Under the pieces are notes generated by a model. The model ran no database searches. It had not been told where the DNA came from and saw nothing but the letters and a program-made list of their open reading frames with translations. From Chrysomallon squamiferum (Eukaryota; Animalia; Mollusca), in NCBI GenBank assembly GCA_012295275.1, contig CM022666.1, positions 5,704,001 to 5,768,000 of the forward strand: a stretch of DNA of 64,000 bases, given 5' to 3'. Both the position numbers and the translations under genes were made by a program. Below, piece after piece: positions 1-12,802 of this stretch; positions within the stretch are counted from its first letter, which is position 1; the number at the start of each line of letters is the position of its first letter.

Positions 1-177
1 GGTGTACATCTGTATGTCTGAAGTGAGGGCTTGCACAAAGTAGATGACAAGAGGACACATGAGAAAGATGATGAAAAGGAAAATGCCGTTGATGGAAAGG
101 TTACTGAAAGAAGAAACGAAAAGGTAAACAAAAGAATGGAATGTTGGTTGGATTTGTAAATTAGTGATGTAATGATG

Positions 178-181
<4 letters not shown>

Positions 182-264
<83 letters not shown>
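182..264. repeat. (GA)n microsatellite; similar tracts at 2899-2979, 38942-39030, 43856-43969, 46583-46667
   Basis: Directly visible dinucleotide tracts. Confidence 0.95.
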
Positions 265-267
<3 letters not shown>

Positions 268-563
268 GTTAATAATTCAGTATCCCAGAATGAAGTGGAG
301 AATAGTGAAAAGTGGAGGAAAATTGTAAAAGCTGAAGTTAAGAAATCACTCAACTCTAACTACCAGTCAACATTCATTTTTTAAACAGACAAACCAATCA
401 ACAATCAGGTTTTAAATCAGACAGATTCAAATCAACCATGAATAATAATCAAAACCACTCAGCCAACCAAAAAAGCCAAAAATTAACCAATCAACCAACA
501 CAAGCTTTTAACACACTGATCGTCCTTCTGGACAAGCATTTTGTAAGATAAACATAATCACAC

Positions 564-1345
564 CTGTTCTCTTCATCAATGACAGTTTCGACCTCGTCGT
601 TAATGATGATGGCCAGATCCTGCTGGATGACCAAAAGCGTGTCCAGATAAAGTGTCATGTTGTCAAACCACCACTGACTTTTGATAACCGAAGGTTCAGT
701 ATCCACGGAGTGCTGGATCTTGAATCGGAAGTTTTCGATGATTTTCGTCAGATTTGTTCCGCTTTTCAGCATGCCTTTCTGAAAGATGGAGTCGATCTCT
801 TTCGAGTAAAGGACCGCCGAGCGATAGTTCGACTTGAATATGTTGACGTTTCTGTTGTAGTTTTCGTAGATCGACTTCGTGGGGAATCCTCCGCGGACAA
901 AGAACACGACGCCGAGAGCGCGTTCGATTCCGATCTGCTCCATGCCCGTGACGATCTTCAGGTAAGAGACGAGAATTTTCCACATGGACGCTTTGTTGGA
1001 CTGCGTTATCGCGTCGTAGAGCCACTCGACAAACGGTTCTATGAGCGAGTTGTAGAAGGCAATTTCGTCAAAGATGTTGAAGTTGTTCGGATTGAGCAGC
1101 TCCCTGTGGCGATTGAGGAACGTGTGGAACTTGGATTTCGAATGGAACGAGGATGATATGACGGTCTTCATTGGCCAGCTGGTCAGCTGGTCGAGCGCCT
1201 GGTCAGTGAGGAGGTACTCGTTCCTGAGGAAAGTCTTCGTCTGCGGACCCAGGATGCTGAGGTAGAGGACAGACATGTCTCGCTCTCGCTGAATTCTGTC
1301 GAGAAACTTTCCAATTCCAACGCTGATCTTGACAGCTGTCTGAGT
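564..1345 (-). CDS. NIT-domain membrane protein (probable NIT guanylyl cyclase), coding exon 3: complete NIT domain
   Basis: Within ORF 491..1600; acceptor TACAG| at 1346 and donor AG|GTGTGA at 563; 782 nt, phase 0->2. Encodes TQTAVKISVGIGKFLDRIQRERDMSVLYLS...EQIGIERALGVVFF...WWFDNMTLYLDTL, matching the recalled NIT motifs QxERG, GxERA and WFxxxT. Confidence 0.85.
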
Positions 1346-1903
1346 CTGTAGTAAACAGATGTGAACGATCAGACATGAATGAATGGATGTGAATAATGAA
1401 AGAATAAAGAGAGGGATGATGTAAGGATAAATTTGTTGATGACTGCAACAGACGAATGAATGTGGAAAATGAAGTATTGATGAATTTAGAAGAATAAGCT
1501 TAATGTGTATATAGATGAATGATTTGATAAGAATTAATGAATATGAAAAAATGAACATACGTATGAATGTGAATGAATGAATCTGTATGAATAAATACAA
1601 TTAAATTAACATACATAAATGAATATGAATATATAAATATAGATGTATATATATATTCATATTCATTTATGTATGTTAATTTTACATGTTAATACATACA
1701 TACAAACGAATACGATACGAATGAACTAACATATGTTAACTAATACGAATAAATGAACATGTGAATGAATGGTATATAGAAAAAAAACAAAAATCATTAA
1801 TATGTAATGCTATATATTGGTTTATTTCCAATGTCGATGGTACATCAGAAGAAAGCTTTTAAATTTCGCTGCATGCTATTTTAGGTAAATGAATACATTT
1901 TAC

Positions 1904-2058
1904 CTGTTCCATTCTTGTTTTCACTTGAAGACTTTCAAAAAGTCCATACACTGTGAAACTCGACAAAGCCAGGATTGGCAACAGAATCAAGACGAGAATT
2001 TTGAAAATCTGCAACCGCTTCCCTGTGTCCGTCAGCACGTCATTACTACACCATATTC
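1904..2058 (-). CDS. NIT-domain protein coding exon 2: transmembrane helix
   Basis: TTCAG| acceptor, CAG|GTAAAA donor; 155 nt, phase 1->0; IWCSNDVLTDTGKRLQIFKILVLILLPILALSSFTVYGLFESLQVKTRMEQ joins in frame to the NIT exon. Confidence 0.85.
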
Positions 2059-2450
2059 CTGAACAAGAAGAGAAAGGTCACTATAGTGTTTCATTTCGTA
2101 ATGTATATATATATGTACGTATATATATTTTTGACTATGCGTGTGTATGTGTGTATGTGTTTACGTATGTAAGTATCTATGTACGTATGTATGAGAATAT
2201 ATGTGTGTACCTACATATGTATGTACAGATGTATGTATTTATGTATGAATGTATGTATGTGTATTCCTATGATTTAATAATGTGATCAGTTTTACAGAAA
2301 TTTTTGTATATAAAATTTTCCGAGCGTCTGGCGTCTTTGCATGTCTGAAGTAAGTACTGGAATCATACACCCACGAACTGACAACATGGATGCATTGAAA
2401 GACAAAAGCTTTACACAAAAATAATTACATAAACTTAATAAATAAATTAA

Positions 2451-2501
<51 letters not shown>

Positions 2502-2539
2502 CATAATAATAAACCAAATACAGCAATAAAAAAACATAC

Positions 2540-2651
2540 GATGCCATTGGTTGGATCTTTTTGAGTGCATGACGTCAATGATGTCGTTGCTGTCGAGACT
2601 GGTGTTTTTGGAAAAACGCAGCCGGTTTCCCGGATTCTGGATCTCATCCAT
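2540..2651 (-). CDS. NIT-domain protein first coding exon (ATG at 2651; exon extends as 5'UTR to an acceptor at about 2750)
   Basis: ccatcATGg context with an upstream in-frame TAA; MDEIQNPGNRLRFSKNTSLDSNDIIDVMHSKRSNQWH then C|GTATGT donor, phase 1, matching the next exon. Confidence 0.75.
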
Positions 2652-2894
2652 GATGGAGTGTCGGTGAGCTATTTTGGCAGTTTAGAAGATACGCAATTAG
2701 AAACTAGAAATTAATAGGGAGTCAGTCTCCTCTTCGGAATAGATGAATGGCTGCACAGAAAAAAATAAAAAAATAAAAATTATCTTTTATGGTTCGTTGA
2801 AATAGCCAGTTAATAGCTGTCATGCATCTGGATATTTATTAGTAGCTACCAATCTTTTTTAATCATAACGTAATGCAATTTTAATTTTCTATAT

Positions 2895-2983
<89 letters not shown>

Positions 2984-3115
2984 ATTTACACAAGCATACA
3001 AATATATTTGTATCTGCATATATTATACAGTTTAAATATGTTTATTACTACATTATTTCTTGGAACGTGTTGGAATTTATATTAAAATGAAGAAGAGAAT
3101 GGACATAAAATAGCG

Positions 3116-3148
<33 letters not shown>

Positions 3149-3411
3149 AGAAAAATAAATTCAAAATAACAATTAATTTTAATACGTTAATGTTGAATAA
3201 AAATGATAATGTCAGCAAAAATAAATTACCCCAAAACAAGAGAACAAACACTGAAAGAAAAATAAATAAATAAATAAAACAAATAAAAATGAAATTAAAT
3301 TAAGATGTAGAAATAATATCCATGATGAAAAAATGAAGATAAGCTACTGACCAAATTAATTCTTATTTAAACAAAATTCAGAAGAAAATAAATAATGGCA
3401 GAATAACATAC

Positions 3412-3620
3412 CACAAAACAGTGAAACTGCCACGATCCAACGACAGTTTAATATGAAATTAAAATGTCACTGACTGTTCAAAATGGCGTCCAGTTGTGGG
3501 GAGATCGTGTATTCAAACGAGGCCGGTTACCATAGATACAACTCACAGTTTTGTTTCTTTGGTAACGATGTGTTGACTGAGACAGATTTTCTTGTCCTTG
3601 CTTTGCCAATGGATACAGTT
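3412..3620 (-). other. Probable non-coding 5'UTR exon of the NIT-domain gene (5' end uncertain)
   Basis: Good donor GTG|GTATGT at 3411; CpG-containing island in AT-rich DNA; an unexplained acceptor exists at 2751. Confidence 0.4.
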
Positions 3621-4091
3621 TGAATATATTACAATTTTGTTTCTCTACTACAACAGATGCATATGTTATTATAATGTTTTTACCCTTAATACAATTTATC
3701 TTTTTTTTTTTAATATCAGATATTCCATATTTTATTTATATTGTTAGTATTTTATAGTATAATAACTAAAGAGTTTTTAAGCCTGATGTATTGTTATTAA
3801 ATATATTAAAACATATATAATTAATATATGTTTCCCTAAAACAAAATAAATACTGAATAGTCTTATGAATATACAAGATGTATTACAACCATTTTATTCT
3901 GGATACAACTTTGTAATTTTCAAATGTGACATTATATATATATCAGTTACATTTTAAAATCATAAAAAATAACAAATGTCTAGCATTTATTAGAAGAAAA
4001 AAAAAAATATATATATATATATAAAACTATATTTATTTAACAATATTATGAGGTCTATTGCTGAAGTTAACAAATATTTATAAAATCAGAC

Positions 4092-4169
<78 letters not shown>

Positions 4170-4762
4170 AATAAATAAATAAATAGACCAATGAACAACC
4201 ACCAGTAAATATTACTATTACTAGTACTGCTTCTATGCTACTACTACTACTACCATCGCCATTTTTTATATTATTATTACTATCGGAACCATCATTACAT
4301 TTATTAAATTGTTGCTACTTATTTTTATTACTGCATTTATTTTAACGTTTATTACTACAACCACAGCTACTACTGCTATTTATACTGCTACCGTAACAAC
4401 TATTATTACTCCTACTGCTACTATTTATATACGACTATTATTATTATTATTATTATGATTATTATTATTATTATTATTATTATGATTATTATTAGTCTAA
4501 CACTAGGCTCTAGAATGTCTGCGTTTCTGAATTGTCAATGGACTTTTCATGTACAGACAGAACTGGCAAATCAATGTTGTTCACGACAGCTGGTTTTAAT
4601 TTACGCACATTACGAAGCGTTCGTGCGTGACGCGGTTACGTAGTATATCAGTTTAGAGTGTAATATAAGAACGAAATAATTAATAATAGAATAAAGTATA
4701 ATTTAAGAAAGAAAAGGAAAGAAAGACTAGTTTATTTTGGGATGTTGTTTTCTTTCGTGTGA

Positions 4763-4797
<35 letters not shown>

Positions 4798-4979
4798 TTA
4801 AATGGTCGAAATTAAAATCAGTCATAAAAAGTGATTTTTAATTAACTCAATTTTGGTCAATCAGTGTACGAGAAAACTGCGAAAAAGCTGTCCAGAAACC
4901 ATAGCAACCAAATGATCACAAATGAAAAATGATGGAGTAATAATGTCCGGGTTCTCCTCTACCTATTTAACAACACATG

Positions 4980-5057
<78 letters not shown>

Positions 5058-5719
5058 TTATTATTATTATTATTGTTATTATTATTATTATATCATTAAT
5101 TATATAAACTAATTTTATGTTGAAAGTATATCCTTCACAAATGAAATGATACATCGACCCTGATTTATTGCAGGTAACTCTAATATAGAGGCTCACTGAT
5201 CAAAATAAAATGTCTCAGATAGTCACTTGAATACTCTGTGTTACAGGAAAAGATTGTAAAAATTTAAAAATTGAAATAAAATGTTATGTTCTTGTTAAAT
5301 AAATGTTCAACTCCGCGTATGAAATTCCTGACTGCTGAATTGTTACAAATTTCAGAAGTCATGTTACAAAGTAATGTTGAAATAGCATTATAATATTAAC
5401 ATAATTTATTGTTTTTATATATTTTTTTTAATACGGTGATTCGATGCATTTTATTCTTTGTATCATCCTCTTATATATTCATCTATTTTGAAAATTGATA
5501 GCCTGGGCTCGTTTGGTCTATTCTGCATTTAGAAACCTTAAGTAAATATAATTATTCATGACATTTATGATCTACATTTACGTGTATATCTGATGGTTTT
5601 TTTTTGTTTTGTTTTTTTCTCTCTGTCTTTGTATTTCCTGCTAGATTTTAAAACTCGGTTTATTGCTGGTTGCTTTTTTGGTTTGTTAGTAGGTTTTTTC
5701 CTGTTTATTTCATTCATCT

Positions 5720-5998
5720 TCCTGCAGCACACCGGAGAAAACATTTTCTACAGGACTATAGTGTAATATCGAAATCATTTGGACCTCGCCCTTTACGAAC
5801 TTGCTCAATCGGAATATTTCGGTGGACGACTTCCGAGCACTTCCGAATTCCCGAAATAGGAGTAGCCCCGAACAGACAAGTTTTGAGTAACCTCCCTTTA
5901 AACATCCTACTGCAATGGCGGAGAATTTCACTTCCGTAAAGGATTTTGTAACGGGATTAAATAAAATCTAGTGTATCTAACTAAGGATATATATCACC
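5720..5998 (+). promoter_or_regulatory. DOCK promoter/5'UTR, CpG-rich, with ETS-like and YY1-like motifs
   Basis: Three (C/G)ACTTCCG motifs (5828, 5838, 5929) and AATGGCGG (about 5914) directly upstream of accATG 5999. Confidence 0.5.
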
Positions 5999-6097
5999 AT
6001 GACCGAAAGAAAGTTTGCTAAAAATCTGAGGAGCAGAGGGGAAGCCGCTGACATTCGTAAAAATGTCAGTGCTGCTTTACGGGAAAGTGCCATACAG
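5999..6097 (+). CDS. DOCK9: DOCK-D exon 1
   Basis: MTERKFAKNLRSRGEAADIRKNVSAALRESAIQ|GTAGGC, 99 nt. Confidence 0.9.
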
Positions 6098-6621
6098 GTA
6101 GGCATGCTTGGCTTGGATACGAACTTCAGTTTTTGACGTTTCACTTATGCTTTGTATTGATGAAACATTTCTTTCGCAGATTCTAGCATCTCCTTATTAT
6201 TTATATGTAAATTAATTCTAAAACAAATTTCCCAAAATCTGAATATTTTTTTTAGTGCACTTTGGTTTGAAATTTATAATTTTCCTGTCACTGTATGATA
6301 TATCAATGAATGAATGATTGTATCGATTAGTCGAATTCGATATGACGATAGTTATTCAGCTTACTGAAGTTATTATATTTAACGTTAACTGACATCAAAT
6401 GTTTAATCAAAGTGTAATAATAATAATAATAATAATAATCTTATTCATAATATGTAATTATAGAATTTCAGAAGTTTTATCTAATATATATGTTAATAAT
6501 AATAATAATAAATATAAATTAACAACAACAATAAAAAATAAATATATATAATTATAGAAATTAACAACAACAACAACAATAACAATAAAAATATATATAT
6601 ATAATTATAGAAATTCTGAAC

Positions 6622-6659
<38 letters not shown>

Positions 6660-7869
6660 ATTATTATTTTTTTATTATCATTATTATTATTTAAATTGGA
6701 ATAGAAACATATATCATTATTTATTAATAATACAATACAAATTATTATGTTTTAACAAATCAAATCTTTTCCCAAGTATCTTTAGTTGTGTTTTCTTCTC
6801 CTCCCTTTTTCTCTTTTTAATTTTAAACATTATTTTTCTGAAACAGATTGTTCTGTTTCTTCCATCCCATAATAAAATTCCAGCATTATTTTTCATATAA
6901 TGTTAATTGACATATTTTAATTATTTTTTGATAATCTTAGTTTTTTTCTGAAAATATGCATGAACATTTACATATTACACACAGGCACATATACTGGCAC
7001 TTACACACATACTGACACATTTATATACATACCGACAGACTTACACATGTAATGACTGACAGACAGACACACACACACACACACACACACAGAGCAGCAG
7101 ACACATGCACACACATCCATACATAAAACACAGACATACACTCCCACACATTTACTCTTTTTTTTTGAAGACTTGAACTTATTTTAACCCAGCATCTGAT
7201 ACTTGACTATCCTCTGTCACAGTTAATTAAGTATTTTTAAAATCTACTGTAACAACAGCTGAGAAAATTTAACTGTAGAAATATATTCAGCATAAGATAA
7301 GATTTGTAAGTTAAACTCTCCTCTAATGTGTATTTATTTTATTTGGCATAAAATTATATTAACTGTCTTTAATAAATGAGATATTTGTTGTATTCATGTA
7401 TTATGAAAAACAAGATTTCAGTAACAATAAAATAATGAAAGGGTAATAAAATAAAAAATGTATAAAAATAAAATAAAAAATATATAAAAAAAAAAAAAAA
7501 AAAAAATTAAATATAGAGTTTAAACATTATGGATTTTTACCAAGAAATTCAGTTATGAAAATTATGATTTATTGCTTTAAATTATATATTTTAAATGTCT
7601 AGTCAGTATAAAAATGCTGTGAACTGTTAATCCGGATTTTTAATTAATCCTTCTCATTTACATCTGACAGCAAAATGTGTGGATAATAAGATGAGTAAAA
7701 TGAAATAGAGTAAGAAGAAAAAAAAAAAAGAAGACAAAAAGCATTAAATAACAACAACAAACTTATCAAATAAAAAAACATTTGTGGCCACCTGTCCTAC
7801 TCCCGACCCCAAAAACTATAACAAACAAACTGTAAATTTGTATTCCAAAAATGTTCTATTTCTTATCAG

Positions 7870-7900
<31 letters not shown>

Positions 7901-8882
7901 AAAGTGTCACTAACAACAAATTTAACAACAAAATTATTATACAAGTTACAACAAGTAGCACTTCATATAATATTCAGTTACATTACAGATGATGAAAGCT
8001 GATATCAGTAGGTAAATACACTGTGCATTAAACTAGTAATATTACTGTTCCAGTCATCTGATATGTGGCAACTTGTTGGTGGTACTTGTTCTCTGTGTTC
8101 AGATTACAAATTAGTATTAAACTGAGAAACTTAATTGCTGCAGTATTCATATAGACATGACATACAGCATATGAATAAAAATGTAAAGATATATATTTAC
8201 ATTTTTTTATTAAAGATTATCATTGTAGAGAATATATTATGTCAAAAAGAATTAAAAAAATAAAAAAAAAAAAAAAAAGAAGAAAAAAAGGATCTTGCCC
8301 AGAAACTTGCATGCATAAATTTAACTCGGATAACATATACTGAAAGGTTGTTTTACTTCTTTTTTTTCTTTTTTTTTTTTTTTCTTTATTTAAATACATG
8401 TTCTGCATGTATGTGTGATAGAAGTAATTATTAGTAAAATATGAGATTAAGTTTATAACAATATGTTAATTGACCTTTACACACACACACACACACACAA
8501 ACAACCTTAAACTCATTTTATACATTGTATTTGATGTACATGAATTTTGAACTCATTCATTAACATTTCAATACAGTCACCTTATTTGTCAGTGACCTAT
8601 ATTTTAAATTCCAACATAAATCAATCATCGTTATTTACTTAGCGCATTATATTATGAATATCCTTTTATCCATCACTTTAACTGTCATCCTTATTTTTAT
8701 TATTATCGTTTACCTGTCAAAATAATATATATGCAAATTAATATTATAGTTTAGAACTAATTAGGATGTGCAGTAAATGGTACACATATATACAGACATA
8801 GACGATTCACATACACACCCATACTCATAGAACATATATATAAATAAATATATACAAATGGGCACAAACACACAAACATAAA

Positions 8883-8965
<83 letters not shown>

Positions 8966-9712
8966 TTTTTTTTTATCTAAAGTCTATCAATGTAGACAAT
9001 TTCATAAGGAATTATTGCATAAATATGTCATTTTACACACACATAAACAAACTCACACAAAGATACCCCATACAGCTACATTTTATAAATTTTATTTTAA
9101 CATACATGAATTCTGAATCAACTTGTACATTAACATTTCAATATGGTCACCTAATTTGTCACTAACCTACTTTCTAAATTCCAGCATATATCAATCATCA
9201 TTATTTACTTTGCGCATAATCATACTTATTTTATTGGTGTTGTTGTTGTTACTATTATTATTAACAACAAAAATCTTTATCACATTTCTTCATTTCTGCA
9301 TATATATTTGTGTCTCTCTTTCATTTTTCCTGCTCTCTCATACTTTCAATTTATTTATTTTCTCTTATTCTGTATCACATCCCCAGTTCTATGTAAATAT
9401 TGCACTGTGTGTTTGTCAATAAAATGTGTTGCTGATTATGTGTATAGCTGTGTTAGTTTGTATGAATATTAATTACATAAACTTGTTCTCATATTACTAA
9501 ATTATCCATTTTACCTGGCAAAATAATAAATATACAAATTAATGTTATAGTTTAGAGAGCCAGTTAGAATGCACAGTAAACTGTAATACATATAGATACA
9601 TGATTCACAAAAAAACAAAAAAACACATATAAAACATAAATCATACAAATGGACAGAAACACATGGACATACATATATTTGCACATACCATACACATCCA
9701 AACATTTGTACA

Positions 9713-9755
<43 letters not shown>

Positions 9756-10684
9756 TCACATAAATATACATATAACCCACTTTTATTTTACCCAAAAACA
9801 AAAACCCCAAAACCAGTGTTACATAATCGTAAACAGATTCTCAGCATTTCCTTTCTTGTAAGTGTTTGCAATCTGATATAATTCTTGTACTTGAGCATCT
9901 CCTGATGCATAGCTGCTGAATGTAAATACTGAGTAACAACCTGTTCTTTCAACTCAGTCTGGGAAATCTTTCTCAGCATTGTTTAAAGAGGCCAATTACT
10001 TTAAACTTGTTTGTACTGCAGATTGACAGCTTTTAGCTGTGGTAGTAGTTGCAACTGCTGCACCTGTCTGATGGGTTATTACTGGTTAAAAAAAACTCCA
10101 TTCATAGCTCACTGGCTATCTGCTTGCTTATTTGTCTGTTTGTTATTCTAAGAATTTGATGATGTCTGTTTATCTTTCTTAAAATTTGATTTTGTCTATT
10201 TTTTTTTTCTCATAATCTGATTTGTTTGAATTTCTTTATACATCTAATTATCATTCTAAGAATTTGATTTTCTGTTTATCTTAATACGACTATATCATTC
10301 TAAAAATTTGATTTGTCTGTTCATCTTTAAATGTCTGTTCACAATTTCTGAGAATTTGTATTGTTTGTTTATAAGTATATCTATGTATCTAAAATTTATT
10401 TGTTTAAATTTAAAGTTTATTTGTTTTGAATTTCGTTTTTCCATTCATCTGTCGGAAAGTGTATTCTGTATATTTGTCTCTTTATCTCTTTGTCCATTTA
10501 GCTTTTTGTAAATTTATCATTTTATCAATCAGTATAGGAATTTTATCTAAGAAATATCAAATTGTTATTGAAAGTTGTCTATGGATTAATATTAGAGCAT
10601 TTGTCTTAAGTGACAAGGGTTGGATGTTCTATTCTCCTCAGTGCATTCTTTATACTATTTTCAATTCCAGCCACTGTCTCTTTA

Positions 10685-10720
<36 letters not shown>

Positions 10721-11272
10721 AATGGAATAAGATTTTAATGTTACTTTCATGTATTTCAGATTTTCCTTAAACAAGCAATATTTATTAAAGTTTACACACA
10801 TATACATACAAACACAGATATGTGTGTTTATGTGAGTGTGTATATTGTCATGGGTGTGTCTTTGTTTATGGTATATTGGTGAGGTCTGTATATGCCATGT
10901 CTATACCCATACATTTTGTAGATATTTACATACATTTTTGAGTGCACATGTACATAGACAAATACAACACTGAGTAAGATTATTTTCAAGCATTCAACAC
11001 AAGTTTCTCTCAAGCTAGCTATCACATTCACTTGTTGGCACAACTTCCCTTTCCCCAGGGTTAAGATCTCTTGAGTTGTTTGATAGAAACAACAAAATCT
11101 TCATCGGCAGGGAATGTTGGTTTATTGTTTCACAAAGACGTCTGGTAGTTTTTATAGGCAACGCCTTGTCTTGCAAACATCTGTTGTTAGATCTCAGTCT
11201 ATCAGTCAATTTTTAGCAGAATCATTTTTATTTTATTTTTTATCTTGTTCTTAAATTGTGTAGTGTGGTTAA

Positions 11273-11308
<36 letters not shown>

Positions 11309-11350
11309 TGATAAATATATAAAAAATTAAAATTAAAATCAATAAATATA

Positions 11351-11583
11351 TAGTCTGGCCCAAAAGTAGGTTTACAGTTATTAAACTATCGTTTGTATGC
11401 TTGAAGTTACTTGCACTGTGTGTCAAAGCGTCCTGGAGAGGTTTGAAGAACATTGCAATGTTGAAGGAGGACATTTTGAGCACCTGAGAGATTAAAGAGT
11501 TTCTGTTTCATGCTTGAAACATGCTTATATTTTAAAATAAATTGCCTGTGTAATAACTGTAAACCTACTTTTGGGCCAGCCTG
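11351..11583 (+). mobile_element. Tc1/mariner-superfamily non-autonomous element (MITE) retaining the transposase C-terminus
   Basis: About 33-bp terminal inverted repeats (..CTGGCCCAAAAGTAGGTTTACAGTTATTA / TAATAACTGTAAACCTACTTTTGGGCCAG..), TA flanks, internal VCQSVLERFEEHCNVEGGHFEHLRD*. Confidence 0.85.
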
Positions 11584-11796
11584 TATTTTGAATAAAGTGA
11601 CTTTAATTAAGAATATAGGATTATAATACTGGTATTAATTTTAAAGAAAAATATGAATAAAGGAAAAAATATACATATATGAGAAATGTTGTAAAAAAAT
11701 AATTTAAATTGTAGAATCTGTGATTTGCATTTGTGTGTATGCGTTGTGTGTGTACCTATATACATACATACATATATACACAAATACATACATGTG

Positions 11797-11845
<49 letters not shown>

Positions 11846-12339
11846 TTACATATATGCACATTTGCACACATATACATGTACTGTTATAAACAGATATTTG
11901 TTTTTTTTTAACTGTAGATCAGTATGAAAATTAAACATTGCTGCACATTAAACTGATAATTCTATTTTTATTTATTTATTTATTTATTTACTTATTTATT
12001 TATTTTTCATTTTTCTTTTACCATTATGAGCAAAACCTGTTTGAACAACCATAAGACCTGTGTTGTTGAATAACTGAACATTTACAAATAAGTGTTTTTA
12101 ATTTTTAATTGAATTAAAATAATACTTCATCTAATTATTTTTGTAATTCTCCTCAGCCAGCTGAACTTAAAAATGACAAAAATGTTGTCACAGAATTGAA
12201 AATGTATAATAATTAAAAATTGAACTGGCTAATAGATTATGAAATATTCATTTCTAAGAAAAACCTACAAAGTACCTCTTATTAAAATCACAATCTTTAA
12301 ATCTTAATTTATTTGTTTTAATTTTTTTTTTTTTTCTAG

Positions 12340-12462
12340 AACCGGCCAAAGCTTGTTGATCCCATAGACTATGAAACATTTGTGGTCAAAAATAAAGTAC
12401 TACTGACCAATGATCTACAACGTGAGATGGTCAACTTTCCCTTTGATGACATACAAGTTCCT
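12340..12462 (+). CDS. DOCK9: DOCK-D exon 2
   Basis: NRPKLVDPIDYETFVVKNKVLLTNDLQREMVNFPFDDIQVP|GTAAGT. Confidence 0.93.
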
Positions 12463-12510
12463 GTAAGTATCATTTTAAATATTTTAAAATTATTATTATT
12501 ATTATTATCA

Positions 12511-12558
<48 letters not shown>

Positions 12559-12763
12559 GATATTATTATTATTTTTTTTTTTAAATTATTATTATTATTA
12601 TTATTTATCTCCAAGCTTATATGCTAAAAATGTTAATTTTATATTTAATTTTAATAGAAACATGGCAAGAAATGTGTTTTGTTCATTCTTAATAAAAGTC
12701 TCTATGTGTACAGGAATAAGTTTGTATGTTTGTTTTGTGTGTGTGTTTTTGTGTGTGTGTTTT

Positions 12764-12802
<39 letters not shown>

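Noticed and set aside
1-60. Possible next NIT-gene exon starting at 17 or 9 (minus strand)
   Set aside because: Acceptor-like context is present but too few bases are visible to verify.
696-1448. Overlapping ORFs 696-1025, 710-1156, 1074-1265, 1203-1448
   Set aside because: Shadow frames of the GC-rich NIT exon.
491-1600. 369-aa single-exon gene with a hydrophobic N-terminus
   Set aside because: The first 85 or so codons are intronic low-complexity sequence; a clean spliced model with upstream exons fits better.
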